Shown: one piece after another, positions 38,324 to 38,696 of the stretch
Layout: each line of letters opens with the position of its first letter
Position numbering within the stretch: the stretch's first letter is position 1
Assembly (NCBI GenBank): GCA_001275005.1
Contig: JWZX01003168.1
Coordinates: 1 to 38,696 of the forward strand
Length of the DNA: 38,696 bases
Direction: 5' to 3'
From: Chrysochromulina tobinii
Lineage: Eukaryota
The notes under the pieces: generated by a model
Database searches by the model: none
What the model was told of the DNA's origin: nothing
Seen by the model: the letters and a program-made list of their open reading frames with translations, nothing else
Position numbers and translations under genes: made by a program

Positions 38324-38696
38324 ATGCTCGCGAGGACGCTCAAGCGGAGCGCGCCAGTTGACAAGGCGAACGCTGATTTCGATGCTGTCCCCGCCGGCAT
38401 GGACGCGAGTGCGGATGTGCCACCGACCCTTGCGCGGCAGAGCTCCTCGAGGTCTTCATTGGACTCGCTGCTCGCCGGGATCTCCCAAGGGCTGATCGTT
38501 CGCCGCTCCGTCTCTGCCGCCCTCCGGGAGTCCCAAGCTGCAGACGCCGAACCCGCCGCCGCTGGTGCAGGGTCGTGCGTGGCGGTGGCGGCCTCGGCCT
38601 CGGCACAACTCACGACAATGTCAGATGGCACATCTCATCAGGCCAAGCGCTTCAAGATGGACGCTGCCAGTGCTGAGGTCTCGGCGCGCCTGCCGC
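38324..38696 (+). CDS. Hypothetical protein, 5' part only (runs off the window)
   Basis: ATG at 38324 opens a frame (MLARTLKRSAPVDK...QAKRFK) with no stop before the window edge. It is divergent from the RidA-like gene. Confidence 0.45.
   Translation, partial: MLARTLKRSAPVDKANADFDAVPAGMDASADVPPTLARQSSSRSSLDSLLAGISQGLIVRRSVSAALRESQAADAEPAAAGAGSCVAVAASASAQLTTMSDGTSHQAKRFKMDAASAEVSARLP

Overview
GC-rich, gene-dense, intron-poor eukaryotic DNA with short GT-AG introns and head-to-head gene pairs about 130-240 bp apart. It resembles an alga, possibly a haptophyte; that taxon is inference only. Host genes: a YHYH-domain protein, U2 snRNP A', a secreted alpha/beta-hydrolase, a cysteine synthase fused to a Cys/Met-metabolism PLP enzyme, a SERCA-type Ca2+-ATPase, a derlin, an FkbM methyltransferase, a pseudo-trypsin/EGF protein, an XRCC1N-GRF-SAP-PBZ protein, a TPR-like protein, a papain-fold/PDZ protein, CAP, an Ldh_2 oxidoreductase and a RidA-family protein. 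The standout is a roughly 11.2 kb tyrosine-recombinase (DIRS-order) retroelement at about 20197-31444, lying between two divergent genes. ORF1 is Gag-like and also carries a degenerate phage-type C5 cytosine methyltransferase fold. ORF2 joins RT, RNase H and tyrosine recombinase in one frame, with a DUF4326-like domain inserted inside the RT and a duplicated peptide motif between RNase H and the recombinase. A candidate +1 frameshift site (AAA AGG G) could link the two ORFs. I found no long terminal repeats; instead the ends show short interlocking 5'/3' complementary blocks, and the 3' non-coding region holds six copies of one hairpin motif. All domain calls come from motif recognition by eye; no searches or folding programs were run.
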